From contig CP045477.1 of the NCBI GenBank assembly GCA_009392915.1, positions 352,001 to 416,000 of the forward strand: DNA of 64,000 nt, written 5' to 3'. The DNA comes from Candidatus Forterrea multitransposorum CG_2015-17_Forterrea_25_41 (GTDB taxonomy: Archaea; Iainarchaeota; Iainarchaeia; Iainarchaeales; CSSED10-239). The position numbers and the translations under genes were made by a program. The notes beneath the pieces were generated by a model. The model was not told where the DNA came from, made no database searches, and was given only the letters and a program-made list of their open reading frames with translations. Positions within the stretch are counted from its first letter, which is position 1. Each line of letters begins with the position of its first letter. This document shows positions 48,896-58,566 of this stretch, in pieces.

Positions 48896-49675
48896 ATGCC
48901 TCAAAGAAGAAATTTACTTAGAAAAAATCCATCCATCTCAGAATCAATTAAAAACACAAGAGAAAATCCAACCAAAAACAGAAGGAAACTAAATGAAACT
49001 TTAGAAAGATCAAAATCACAACAATATGAAGGTTGGAGAGGTTGTGATGGTGGTTTTCAAAGATATAAAGAAGTTTTTAAAAAAAGTTTAAATGATAGAC
49101 CTACTAATTTTCTTTTAGAAGAATTAAAAGTACATAATCCAAATGTAATGATGCTTGGACCTGGAAAAGGACATTATGCAGCTCTCTTTAAAAAAGAGCT
49201 TGAAAGTATTGGTGTTAATATTCACATAGATACGCTTGGCTTTAGTAAAACTATTGATAAAGAATTAATTAGAGATGAATTAATAAGAAAAGATCATTCT
49301 CCACATATTTCAAAAGCAACTGCTTTTGAACATATAAACCCAAAAGAACATCCAAAACTTATAAAAAAAATAAAAGGAAAATATCATCTAGTCATAGGAG
49401 AAAGATCTGTAGGTTTATATGGTGAATCAAAGCCTTATGCTATTTTTCAAACAGCTTTATTACTTGAAAAAAGAGGAAGAGCATTTTTGGACGTGCAATT
49501 TACTAAAGAAACCTTAAAAGATATTGTAGAAGTCTCAAAAAGGATGTTAAGAGCATATAATAAAGCAAACAATACAGATTTAGAGTATAAAATAACTGCT
49601 TTAAAGGACACTTTAGTTACCTCTCAAGATCTTAGAACACAAGCAATATATATTCAAATAGATAGGGTAAATTAG
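48896..49675 (+). CDS. hypothetical protein
   Basis: ORF track; basic N-terminus and an MLGPGKGHYA Gly-rich loop; no family assigned. Confidence 0.4.
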   Translation: MPQRRNLLRKNPSISESIKNTRENPTKNRRKLNETLERSKSQQYEGWRGCDGGFQRYKEVFKKSLNDRPTNFLLEELKVHNPNVMMLGPGKGHYAALFKKELESIGVNIHIDTLGFSKTIDKELIRDELIRKDHSPHISKATAFEHINPKEHPKLIKKIKGKYHLVIGERSVGLYGESKPYAIFQTALLLEKRGRAFLDVQFTKETLKDIVEVSKRMLRAYNKANNTDLEYKITALKDTLVTSQDLRTQAIYIQIDRVN

Positions 49676-49707
49676 TTATTCTTATTTTAAAAAAAAGTGT
49701 TTTACTT

Positions 49708-50274
49708 ATGATCTTAAATTGGAAATTAATTATAAAAAAATCAAAAGCATTAATGGAAAAACAAACAAAATTAAATAAATCTCCTCCATTGCAACTTACA
49801 AAAATTGCAATAGAAAAAGGAAAAGACTTATCCAAAAGTCATAAAGTGGATAAAAATTTAGTAATAGTCTCTCTCTATTTAGCACACACAATATTTAATC
49901 AACAGAAATCTTCAAAAATAAGAAAAGAACATCCTAAATTAAGTTCTAATTTTGTAAAACCATATTTAAACGAATGGAAAATACCTATAAAAGAGCAAAA
50001 AATAATATTAAATAGTATAGAAGCACATCACGGTAGTATAAAAACAGAAACTAAAATTGCAGAAGTTGTAAAAAATGCAGAATGTTTTAAATTTGTCACA
50101 ATAGAAGGTTCTTTAATATATTTTCACGAGCTTGGTAAAAGAGGTACAAATTATAAAGAAGCAAAAAAGTTAGTTTTAGAAAAAGCAAATGAAAAGTACA
50201 AGTTATTAACATTTAAAGAATGTATTAAAGATGTTGAAGAACAAATGAAGGTTATAAACCATATTTTTAAATAA
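49708..50274 (+). CDS. hypothetical protein
   Basis: ORF track; no motif recognised. Confidence 0.4.
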   Translation: MILNWKLIIKKSKALMEKQTKLNKSPPLQLTKIAIEKGKDLSKSHKVDKNLVIVSLYLAHTIFNQQKSSKIRKEHPKLSSNFVKPYLNEWKIPIKEQKIILNSIEAHHGSIKTETKIAEVVKNAECFKFVTIEGSLIYFHELGKRGTNYKEAKKLVLEKANEKYKLLTFKECIKDVEEQMKVINHIFK

Positions 50275-50300
50275 ATAAAAAGAATCAATTTTAACAAAGC

Positions 50301-50399
50301 TTAAAGATAATGGGCATATACCTTACCATTATAGATAGCTGATTTTTTAAAAAGCCCTTCTAACGGTCCGATTTTTTCGGACACTTCGCTTTCTTTTAA
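50301..50399 (-). pseudogene. remnant of the C-terminal about 30 codons of a GNAT acetyltransferase gene (paralog of 52383-52934)
   Basis: The minus-strand frame reads ...SEKIGPLEGLFKKSAIYNGKVYAHYL*, versus ...KEGLLKKSAIYNGKVYDNYLYALLK* in the intact gene. About 65 bp of nucleotide identity with 52386-52452. Confidence 0.5.
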
Positions 50400-50444
50400 T
50401 TAACTATATATCCTACAAGTATATTTATTTTTAAAAAAAATATA

Positions 50445-51206
50445 TCATACAATTATCTTTAAAATTAGTTTTTCAATTATATCTTTATTTATTCTAAGTA
50501 TGCTAGAGACCTGTTCTAGTTCTTCTTTAGTTATATTTGTTTTAAATTTAATCAATCTTTCTTTAATCGTGTGATTTTTTATAAAAGAAATTAAAGTAGA
50601 TATATCTTCTCCAGAATATAAACATAAAGCAACTATATCACAATAATCTTTAATCTTTTTATGTGTTTGACCTCTATTTACTACAGAATTTATCTTAGTA
50701 GCTAATAATAGAGGTGGAGAGGGTAGCCATAATTTTTTATTAAATTCAATTAATTCTGTTCTATATTTTTTATTCTCAAACACTAACTTAACTAAAGGTT
50801 CATCTGCAGGTGCAAATCCAAGTTCATTTATTATTTGTTTGTTAGTTTCTGCAATTAAAAGATCAATATACATAGGAAAAATATTATGAATAGGAGTGGT
50901 GATTGATTCTTCTTTGGTTAGTTCTTTTCCAGTTTCATAATTTATTTCTTTTAAATATCTAAAACTAACTAATTTAAATCCATTTTCTTCTAAAATATTA
51001 GATGTATATTTAAATGATTTTATAGTATTAAACCCTAAATCTACATCTCTTGAACCAATATAATCAGTTCCAAATTCTGATTTATATCTTGAATTTACAG
51101 TTAAATATGTAGCCCAACCTCCAATAATTATAATTGGTTCTTTTAGTTTAGATATAATTATTTTTAAATAATCATAACTAATTTCAGTTTCTTTTTTGTC
51201 GTACAT
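50445..51206 (-). CDS. AbiEii-like nucleotidyltransferase toxin (type IV TA / abortive infection)
   Basis: IIIGGWATYL...YIGSRDVDLGF matches the AbiEii/DUF1814 NTase motif (GG.A...R.S.D.DL). Overlaps the upstream wHTH gene by 23 nt. Confidence 0.55.
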   Translation of the reverse strand: MYDKKETEISYDYLKIIISKLKEPIIIIGGWATYLTVNSRYKSEFGTDYIGSRDVDLGFNTIKSFKYTSNILEENGFKLVSFRYLKEINYETGKELTKEESITTPIHNIFPMYIDLLIAETNKQIINELGFAPADEPLVKLVFENKKYRTELIEFNKKLWLPSPPLLLATKINSVVNRGQTHKKIKDYCDIVALCLYSGEDISTLISFIKNHTIKERLIKFKTNITKEELEQVSSILRINKDIIEKLILKIIV

Positions 51207-51777
51207 ATTTATTAAGTAGTATATTATATGCTTCTATACATACCCCACCTTCTTTTTTAAGATCAATTAATAATTGAGGAATAGAGACAACCTTGAGTTC
51301 GTTTATTTTATTTGATTCTTTAAAAACATCTTTACCTTTTGAAATGATTAAAACTACATTTCCATTACCAATCAATCCTTTAGTTAAGATTAAATCTTTC
51401 CATTTTACATAATCTTCTTTAGAAATATATGCTTGAAATTTGTGTGGGAATAGATGATGATTAATTATATTTTCAGCAGCATAGGTTGTTAATGCATAAT
51501 CTAAGTTAGTTGTTTTAAAAAAATCAAGTGGATTTGATATATGAAAGTAATATTGTTCATATTTTTTATCTATTTTTATATAATAATCAATAAGTTTATT
51601 GACATCAATAACTTTTGTTTTTTCAATAATCCCTTCATTTTCTAATTTTCTAAGAAATTGAATAGTCCAAGCAATAGAGGTATTTGAAATTTTTGAAAGT
51701 TTATACTTAGTTAAACTTCCATCTGGATTATTTAGAAGAATTTTTATGATTTTTAGATTTTTTATATTTCTCATCAT
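51184..51777 (-). CDS. AbiEi-like wHTH antitoxin/transcriptional regulator
   Basis: N-terminal winged-helix (LSKISNTSIAWTIQFLRKLENEGIIEK) plus a C-terminal domain; genetic coupling to the NTase gene. Confidence 0.5.
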   Translation of the reverse strand: MMRNIKNLKIIKILLNNPDGSLTKYKLSKISNTSIAWTIQFLRKLENEGIIEKTKVIDVNKLIDYYIKIDKKYEQYYFHISNPLDFFKTTNLDYALTTYAAENIINHHLFPHKFQAYISKEDYVKWKDLILTKGLIGNGNVVLIISKGKDVFKESNKINELKVVSIPQLLIDLKKEGGVCIEAYNILLNKYVRQKRN

Positions 51778-51791
51778 ATATATATTGGTTA

Positions 51792-52295
51792 TTAGAAGGG
51801 TTTATAAAGGTTACCGATATATTGGTAATATTGGTAGTATATAAACTTAACCAATATAGCTATTAACCAATACTTCTTTTTATACTCTCTAGCATCAATT
51901 CTTTCTTTTAATTTTATTCTTTCTTCTACAAGTTCTTGTTTTCTTGTCTGAATTGCAAAATAACTTTGAGCAAATGCAATTTCTTCTTTTCTTGAGTCTC
52001 CATTTTGTGCTATTAAGTAACATGCATATCTAGTTAATGTATAATCAATTATTTCTCTTTCTGCATCAGATCCTAATTTAACCTTTTTCCTGACCTCAAG
52101 AAAATGGTCATTAATATTAAATCCTGAATTTTTACAAGAAATTTTTGCTTTTTCAATTATACTTACAAAATTTTCCCATTTAGTATAACCTAAAAGGTCT
52201 TGTAACTCCCTTGCAAGCCAAAATTCAAGATTATCTTTAAAATAAGCACTATCTTGAAAACTTTTAGTTAGTTTATAAATTATTTCTCTTTGCAT
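51792..52295 (-). CDS. DinD-like (DNA-damage-inducible protein D / BRO-N-like) protein
   Basis: The N-terminal half is collinear with E. coli DinD: FWLARELQDLLGYTKWENF...NDHF...GSDAEREIIDYTLTRYACYLIAQNGD...YFAIQTRKQEL. Confidence 0.65.
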   Translation of the reverse strand: MQREIIYKLTKSFQDSAYFKDNLEFWLARELQDLLGYTKWENFVSIIEKAKISCKNSGFNINDHFLEVRKKVKLGSDAEREIIDYTLTRYACYLIAQNGDSRKEEIAFAQSYFAIQTRKQELVEERIKLKERIDAREYKKKYWLIAILVKFIYYQYYQYIGNLYKPF

Positions 52296-52346
52296 AGAAC
52301 ATCACATATATATAAGAGTCTTTAATTTATATATTGATTTTGTAAG

Positions 52347-52367
52347 AGAGGGTAAATGGCCGAGAAA
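52347..52367 (+). repeat. 21-bp direct repeat AGAGGGTAAATGGCCGAGAAA (copy 2)
   Basis: Exact match to 48811-48831. Confidence 0.6.
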
Positions 52368-52382
52368 GAGAAGAATAGAATT

Positions 52383-52934
52383 TTATTTTAATAAAGCATA
52401 AAGATAATTATCATATACTTTACCATTATAGATAGCTGATTTTTTTAAAAGCCCTTCTTTTTTAAATTTACTTTTTTCTAAAACTTTAATAGAGCCTATA
52501 TTTTTAGTACAAACTTCAGCTGCTATTCTTTTAATACAGGTATTTTTAAATAAAAAATGAATATATGCTTTTATAGCTTCAGACATAAATCCTTTATTCC
52601 AATAAGAAGAATGAAGCATAAAACCTAAATCACATCTTTTAAAATCTTTAATAATTGTAAAAATATCAATAGAGCCTATTAATTTATTTTCATAAGTTAT
52701 AAAAAAAGAAGCTCCTTTTCTTTTTTTCCAAGCATCTACTTTTCTTAAAATTTGTTTTTCTACAATCTTTCTTGAGTTTTTATTATCTCCAGAACCATTA
52801 TATATCCAGAGATTTTTATCTTCATATAACTTATAAAGTTCTTCTTTATATTTTATATCTGGTTTTATAAGTAATAATCTTTTTGTCTTTACTGGCTTAT
52901 ACTTATAACCTTTGTTAAATATTTTTTCATCCAT
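52383..52934 (-). CDS. GNAT acetyltransferase (RimJ/RimL-like)
   Basis: Motif A region and the C-terminal ...KVLEKSKFKKEGLLKKSAIYNGKVYDNYLYAL typical of the RimL family. Confidence 0.7.
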   Translation of the reverse strand: MDEKIFNKGYKYKPVKTKRLLLIKPDIKYKEELYKLYEDKNLWIYNGSGDNKNSRKIVEKQILRKVDAWKKRKGASFFITYENKLIGSIDIFTIIKDFKRCDLGFMLHSSYWNKGFMSEAIKAYIHFLFKNTCIKRIAAEVCTKNIGSIKVLEKSKFKKEGLLKKSAIYNGKVYDNYLYALLK

Positions 52935-53619
52935 GGTTTAACCTTTTATATTCTTTAATTGCTTTATTAAGTACATTTAAAAAATTAGGATCTTTTTTCC
53001 ATTCTTCTAAAATAAATACTCTTAATTTAGAATGTTTAGAATAACCATCATCTTTAATTTCTATTAAATCTTTAAATTCCTCATTAATTATTACTGTAAA
53101 AGATTCTTTAATATCATGAATTTCAGATTCAGATAAATTACTTTCTTTACAAACGTTCCAAAAATAACTATGAAAGAATAAATGCATAAGCTCATGAATT
53201 ACAACTCTAAATAAATATTTATCCACATATTCGATATAAATGAATATTCCAAACCACTTTTGGTTTTTTCTAAATTCATAAGGACAAGCAACAAAAGTAT
53301 TATATTTAATATATACTTTATTAACAGGAAATTTATTTTTGTGAATCTTTTCTAATTTATTTATTATCTCATCCTTATATTTATTCAATTTTAGATTAGA
53401 ATTATAAAAATTAGTTAAATACTTTTTAGAATAAAATTTTTTAGTGTATTTATCTATTAACTCAACTTTTTTAGAATCAGATGCACTTATTAAAGAATTT
53501 TTAAAATCCTCAGGATAATCTTTAAACCAATCATTACCATAAGCACTAGAGTTTTTAATAAATTTAAGCCAATTTTTTAAATTTTCTTCTTTTGATACAA
53601 TAAATTCTATTTCAACCAT
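52927..53619 (-). CDS. putative HExxH zinc-metallopeptidase-like protein
   Basis: VVIHELMHLFFH motif; otherwise unassigned. Confidence 0.4.
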   Translation of the reverse strand: MVEIEFIVSKEENLKNWLKFIKNSSAYGNDWFKDYPEDFKNSLISASDSKKVELIDKYTKKFYSKKYLTNFYNSNLKLNKYKDEIINKLEKIHKNKFPVNKVYIKYNTFVACPYEFRKNQKWFGIFIYIEYVDKYLFRVVIHELMHLFFHSYFWNVCKESNLSESEIHDIKESFTVIINEEFKDLIEIKDDGYSKHSKLRVFILEEWKKDPNFLNVLNKAIKEYKRLNHG

Positions 53620-53627
53620 AATAAATC

Positions 53628-54008
53628 TTAAATTTCAATTATGTATTCTTTTAAAACTTTTGTACCCCATATTCTAAACTGAGTTGCTTTAGATGAATTT
53701 ACTCTATATCCTACTGATATTATTGCATCTAAATTATAAAAATCAACATTTCTTTTAACATCTCTAGTTCCTTCTTTTTGAACTATTAGGAATTTCCTAA
53801 TAGTTTGATTTTTATTTAACTCTGCAGAATCATATATATTTTTTAGATGTTCATTTATAGTTGGGATTTCAACTCCAAATAATTCTGCAATCCTTTTCTT
53901 AGTTAACCATATATTTTCATTATAAATATAAACATCTAATTTTACTTCTCCATCTGGAGATTTATACAATAAAAATTTATTATTTTTAGAAATGATCTCT
54001 TTAGTCAT
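53628..54008 (-). CDS. RhuM-family (virulence/phage-associated) protein, N-terminal domain only
   Basis: NLDAIISVGYRVNSSKATQFRIWGTKVLKEYI is the hallmark RhuM segment. The gene is about one third the usual length. Confidence 0.6.
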   Translation of the reverse strand: MTKEIISKNNKFLLYKSPDGEVKLDVYIYNENIWLTKKRIAELFGVEIPTINEHLKNIYDSAELNKNQTIRKFLIVQKEGTRDVKRNVDFYNLDAIISVGYRVNSSKATQFRIWGTKVLKEYIIEI

Positions 54009-54361
54009 AATATTTATTCTACTTTTTATATTTATTCTACTTTTTATATTTATTATTCTTTTAAATTATTTAATCACAAACAATTTTTCTAAGTATAATA
54101 ATAGAAGATTATTTATGTTTAAAAAGCTTTCCAAAGTGCCTGACCATAAAAGGATTTTTAATCTTTTGATAACTTGTAGTATAGTTATTAATATTAAATT
54201 TTTCAGAATCAGAAACACCCTTTTTTGATACTTTTTAACTTAAAAATATCATGAGTGATACTTTTTTAATTAATAGTGTCAAAAGACTACCTTTTTGATA
54301 ATTTTCTAATAATCTACAAAATAAGTTATGTTTAAATAGATTATTAATTATTAAACTATCT

Positions 54362-54817
54362 ATGGATATAGAAAAATTACCTTTTAGAAAAGAAGTTACA
54401 GCATATATTGTAAATGAAAATAAAGAATTTATAGTTATCTTTTCAGCACTTGCAAACAGGTTTTGTAAAACTCCTGCTGGAGGTGTTGAAGAAAATGAGC
54501 CTTCAGATAAAGCAATATTAAGAGAAATTAAAGAAGAACTTAATCTTGATATAGAAATTATTGCAAAATCAAAGATAGAATACAAATGGGAACATACAAA
54601 AGAAAGAATAATTGAAAGAAACTTAAAATTTAGAGGATCAACTGGAGAAGTTTTTCTTGCAAAAATAAACCCACCAAATCAAGAGATTAAAATACAAGAA
54701 GAAGAAATCTCAGGGTATAAATGGATTAAAAAAGAAGATGTAGATAATTATTTTGCAACAGACACTTTAAAAGAAACAGCAAGAAAGATGTTTGAAGAGT
54801 TTAAAGAATATTTTTAA
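54362..54817 (+). CDS. Nudix hydrolase
   Basis: Nudix box GGVEENEPSDKAILREIKEELNL. Confidence 0.7.
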   Translation: MDIEKLPFRKEVTAYIVNENKEFIVIFSALANRFCKTPAGGVEENEPSDKAILREIKEELNLDIEIIAKSKIEYKWEHTKERIIERNLKFRGSTGEVFLAKINPPNQEIKIQEEEISGYKWIKKEDVDNYFATDTLKETARKMFEEFKEYF

Positions 54818-55406
54818 AAAAATGATATTATTTATGAAAATAAGAAAAATAAAATTAAGAGAGCTAAAAGAAGCAGATATTTTTAAAGAAAAAATATTAA
54901 ACCCAGAAAAAAAAAGAAGATATAGACCATATTATAAAATTTTAAAAAATTACAAAAGAGAGCCTTCTTTATTTATTGGAGCTTATGATAAAAATAGAAT
55001 TATAGGAGTTGCTTTTGGGCATATTATAAAAAATAGAATATTATTAGGTGAAATGGCTGTTTTAGAAGAGTATAGAAACAAAGGGATTGGAAAAAAAATA
55101 TTAAAAAAAATTGAACAAAATTCAAAAAAATTAAATAAGAAATATATAGAGCTTGGTGCTCTTGATAATGCAGAAAAATTTTATCTTAAACAAAATTACA
55201 AACCAATTATTTTTGTGCAAATATATCCAAAAAATATCTTGAAAAATTACAATCATTTAAATTATAAAATAATTAAAGAAACAAATTATGTTGATTCTAA
55301 AAGATTTTATATTGAGGTTAAAAGATATGATCCTAAATTAAAAGAAAAAATAGAAAAAGAATTTAAAGCATATGATGTAATCTATTTATTTAGAAAATAT
55401 TTATAA
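54792..55406 (+). CDS. GNAT-family N-acetyltransferase
   Basis: Motif A VLEEYRNKGIGKKIL. Confidence 0.6.
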   Translation: MKSLKNIFKKMILFMKIRKIKLRELKEADIFKEKILNPEKKRRYRPYYKILKNYKREPSLFIGAYDKNRIIGVAFGHIIKNRILLGEMAVLEEYRNKGIGKKILKKIEQNSKKLNKKYIELGALDNAEKFYLKQNYKPIIFVQIYPKNILKNYNHLNYKIIKETNYVDSKRFYIEVKRYDPKLKEKIEKEFKAYDVIYLFRKYL

Positions 55407-56924
55407 CTTAAAATCCCAAAGATGTTTACCATCAATAGTTGCATTCTTATCCATCTCTTGGATATACTTTCTAATTACCTTATAACTCTTTTCTAAAGGA
55501 GTTACTGGTTTTTTACCTTGATCAATTCTTGTAAAAGAAGAAATAATGTCTTCTTTTGAATATTCCTTAAGTAATAATTTATAAAAACCTTCTTGTAAGA
55601 AAGGTACAAGATTTCTAAAATAGGAAGAAGCTAGATTTAAATTATTTTTATTTTTTGCCTTAAGATACTCTTTAAAGTTATCTTGCATAAATTCAACCAT
55701 ATTTTTTAACTTTATTTCAATATTTATATAATCTAAAGATAAAATATACTTAGTTAATTCTTTTTTATCATTTTCAAATTCTTTTGTTTTAATTATTTTT
55801 ATCATTTTAAATAAAGATTTTTCTTTATTAACTAAAATTTTTAATTTTGGAGAATAATATACTTTTCCTTTCTTTCCATCAACTATAACTTCATCAAAAT
55901 TATTTGTTTCTTTTAATAATTTTGAAATATTAATACCACCAATACAAGGTATATTATTTTCTCTTGCAACTATTGCAGGATGTGAGGTTATTGAATCAAC
56001 TTCACAAATAACAGCTTTAGCTTTTTTAAAAATAAGGTCATATTCTGGAAAAAGAACATAAGTAACTAAAATATTTCCTTTTTTAAATATTTTATAAGCT
56101 TCTTTAGGGTCAGTTGCATCTGAAACATATTCTATGTTTCCTTTAGCATAACCATTTGAAAGGGTTATACCTTTTAGTTCTTTTTGGTTTTTTGCTTTAT
56201 TTACTATAATTTTTTTAATATTTTTTAAAGTAGTAATATTTCTTGTTTGTAAAAACCAAATTCTGTCTTTATTATCTATTGCAAATTCTATATCTTGAGG
56301 ATATTTAAAATATTGTTCAATTTGTTTTCCTTCTAGATATAATTTTTTAAAAGTTTTATTTAATTGTTTAGTAGTATTAATTTTTAAAGAATTTTTCTTT
56401 CCTGAAACCATTTCTTCTAGATGTCCTTTTACATGTTCTATTAAAAAACCTTTATTTGTTATTGGGTTTTTTGTAAAATATACTCCTGATAGTTTTGGTA
56501 TTATTTGTTTTTGTATAATTACAGCTAAGGTATCTTTTAATTTTTTATTAGTATATGATTTTAAAGAGATTTTCTTTTCTGAAGCAATAACTTTAGATAT
56601 TGCTAAAAATAGTTCTTTTTCATTATTTATATTTGTAATTGAGGTAAACTGTCCTGCAAAAGATTGTTTTACAGAATCTTCATAGATTGAAGAGCTTCTA
56701 ACAACTAAAGGGTATAATTCTCCTCCATAGTCTATTTGTTTTAAATAATCTTTAATTTGTTTCTTTAGATTAAGAGAAAAAGATTTTTTTATTATTTTAC
56801 AGAAATCTCTAGAGAGAACAAAACCATTAGGCACATTATAGGCTGCTCTTTTTAAAAGCATTAGGTTATATGCTTTATTTCCTACTTGTTTTTTATCAGC
56901 TACAGTGTAAAGGTTATAGATCAT
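55401..56924 (-). CDS. PEP-utilising-enzyme family protein (PPDK-type ATP-binding N-domain plus phosphohistidine swivel domain, no PEP/pyruvate TIM-barrel domain)
   Basis: The N-terminal VGNKAYNLMLL...VPNGFVL...VVRSSSIYEDSVKQSFAGQF...PQDIEFAID...LQTRNIT matches the PPDK_N domain. The C-terminal ICEVDSITSHPAIVARENNIPCIGGI matches the mobile His domain. Confidence 0.65.
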   Translation of the reverse strand: MIYNLYTVADKKQVGNKAYNLMLLKRAAYNVPNGFVLSRDFCKIIKKSFSLNLKKQIKDYLKQIDYGGELYPLVVRSSSIYEDSVKQSFAGQFTSITNINNEKELFLAISKVIASEKKISLKSYTNKKLKDTLAVIIQKQIIPKLSGVYFTKNPITNKGFLIEHVKGHLEEMVSGKKNSLKINTTKQLNKTFKKLYLEGKQIEQYFKYPQDIEFAIDNKDRIWFLQTRNITTLKNIKKIIVNKAKNQKELKGITLSNGYAKGNIEYVSDATDPKEAYKIFKKGNILVTYVLFPEYDLIFKKAKAVICEVDSITSHPAIVARENNIPCIGGINISKLLKETNNFDEVIVDGKKGKVYYSPKLKILVNKEKSLFKMIKIIKTKEFENDKKELTKYILSLDYINIEIKLKNMVEFMQDNFKEYLKAKNKNNLNLASSYFRNLVPFLQEGFYKLLLKEYSKEDIISSFTRIDQGKKPVTPLEKSYKVIRKYIQEMDKNATIDGKHLWDFKL

Positions 56925-57087
56925 ATTTAATCAAGTGTAATAGATATATGAGGATTTATGTTTAAAAGGCTTTCTTAAGTAGCTTATAAAAGGACTTTTT
57001 TCTTTAATCTGTAAAGAAAAACCTTAAAATCCTTAAAAAAAAGAAAATAATAAATAGATTAAAAATAATTTAATTTTAAATTATAAT

Positions 57088-57753
57088 CTATTTATTAATT
57101 ATATTGATAACATCAATTAAATCTTCAATTACATAATCTGGTTTATATAAAAAATGTTTATAAGGCAATTTAAGTGGATTATATAAAACAGCATTAATTC
57201 CATATTTTTTAGCTTCAATATCAACAGATAAATCCCCTATATGTAAAACATTTGAAGGTAAATAACCATCTAATTTAATTTTATTAATAAAATCAACATA
57301 TGGTTTACCAGATGCTTTCTTTCCACCTACTTCATTAGATAATGAAAAATATTTAAAATTATTAAATTTATTTTCTTTAACCCAATCTTTAATCCAGCTA
57401 GTTTTTGTATCACTAATAATTCCAAGAATATAATCTTTTTTTATTAAGTATTTTATTAATTTTAAAGTATTTTTAGAAAATTTATTTTTTAAAGTATATT
57501 CTTTGGAATTATTTATTATATTATTATAATTTTCAGAAATTGCTTTAGATAGACTTTTAGTATATTTAATATTAATTTTTTTTAATAAAACTTTTAAAAA
57601 AGCATCTTCTTTATATTTACTATTTTGAAAATCTCTCCAAGTTTCTTCAACAGCCTTAAGATAATTATTATATGTTAATGTAAAATTTTCTTTTTTTAGT
57701 ATTTTAAATTCACTTTTATATATTTCAAATAACAAATTTGGATCACTATCCAT
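57088..57753 (-). CDS. HAD-superfamily hydrolase
   Basis: Motif III/IV region HIGDLSVDIEAKKYGINAV and LGIISDTK. Confidence 0.55.
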   Translation of the reverse strand: MDSDPNLLFEIYKSEFKILKKENFTLTYNNYLKAVEETWRDFQNSKYKEDAFLKVLLKKINIKYTKSLSKAISENYNNIINNSKEYTLKNKFSKNTLKLIKYLIKKDYILGIISDTKTSWIKDWVKENKFNNFKYFSLSNEVGGKKASGKPYVDFINKIKLDGYLPSNVLHIGDLSVDIEAKKYGINAVLYNPLKLPYKHFLYKPDYVIEDLIDVINIINK

Positions 57754-58296
57754 AAATAAAGTATTTGAAACGTCAAAAGATATTATTTTTATAGTTTTAA
57801 TAATAATCCCTCTTTATTTTATATTTATAATAATATATAAAACTCATATATTATTTAATTATATCTTTTATAATAAAACATTTTAAATAAGAAAGAAATT
57901 ACAAGAAAAACCTTAAAATCTTTTCAAAAAGTTTAAAATTATCAAAAAAAGAATAAAAGAAAATAAAACTACTTACAATTAATAAGACTATTGGAAAATA
58001 TAATAAAAGGTTTCTAAATAAAACTAAAGGCCATGCAATAACATCCATTATAAAGAGAGAAAATTTATTCTTAAGTAGTAATAACTAAAAAAGTATTATA
58101 ACTATATTGATCTGTTTTTAATAAAAGAAAGGTAAAAATTTAAAAATATATTAATAATTGCAAAGGAAAAAGTGGCAATTAATAGATATATTGTTATTTT
58201 TTGTTTGTTTTTCATAATATAATATATTGTTAAAAGCTTTCTAACAGCTACAATTAAGTAAAACTTAAATATACTTATGTAACTCTTAATATTTAT

Positions 58297-58533
58297 ATGG
58301 TAGAAAAAGAACTTGCACTTATAATAAATGGAAACTTAAGAAAAAAGATAATATTAAGTTTAGCAATTCCTAACATAGCCACAAATTTAGCAAAAAAATT
58401 AGATGTTTCAAGATCTTCTGTATCAAGGACCTTATTATTTTTAGAGAAGCATTTTCTTGTAGAATGTATAAATAATGATGCAAGTTTTAACAGGTTATAC
58501 AAGCTTACCTTAAAGGTACAAGAAAGTTTCTGA
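58297..58533 (+). CDS. small wHTH transcriptional regulator (ArsR/PadR-like)
   Basis: LAKKLDVSRSSVSRTLLFLEKHFLVE recognition helix/wing pattern. The overlapping minus-strand 69-aa ORF is low complexity. Confidence 0.4.
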   Translation: MVEKELALIINGNLRKKIILSLAIPNIATNLAKKLDVSRSSVSRTLLFLEKHFLVECINNDASFNRLYKLTLKVQESF

Positions 58534-58566
58534 TATGTTAAGGAAGATGTGATTATTATACTTTAA

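Noticed and set aside
54235-54585. 116-aa minus-strand ORF
   Set aside because: Overlaps the Nudix gene start on the opposite strand; low-complexity Ser/Leu-rich translation.
57754-58296. 540-bp AT-rich intergenic region with small hydrophobic ORF and an AATTGC-N13-GCAATT inverted repeat
   Set aside because: The ORF is 36 aa of pure hydrophobic low complexity. The inverted repeat is short and could arise by chance at this AT content. It is noted as a possible operator for the adjacent wHTH gene but not reported as a feature.
58293-58502. 69-aa minus-strand ORF overlapping the wHTH gene
   Set aside because: The opposite-strand frame (58297-58533 +) has a recognisable wHTH pattern; this one does not.
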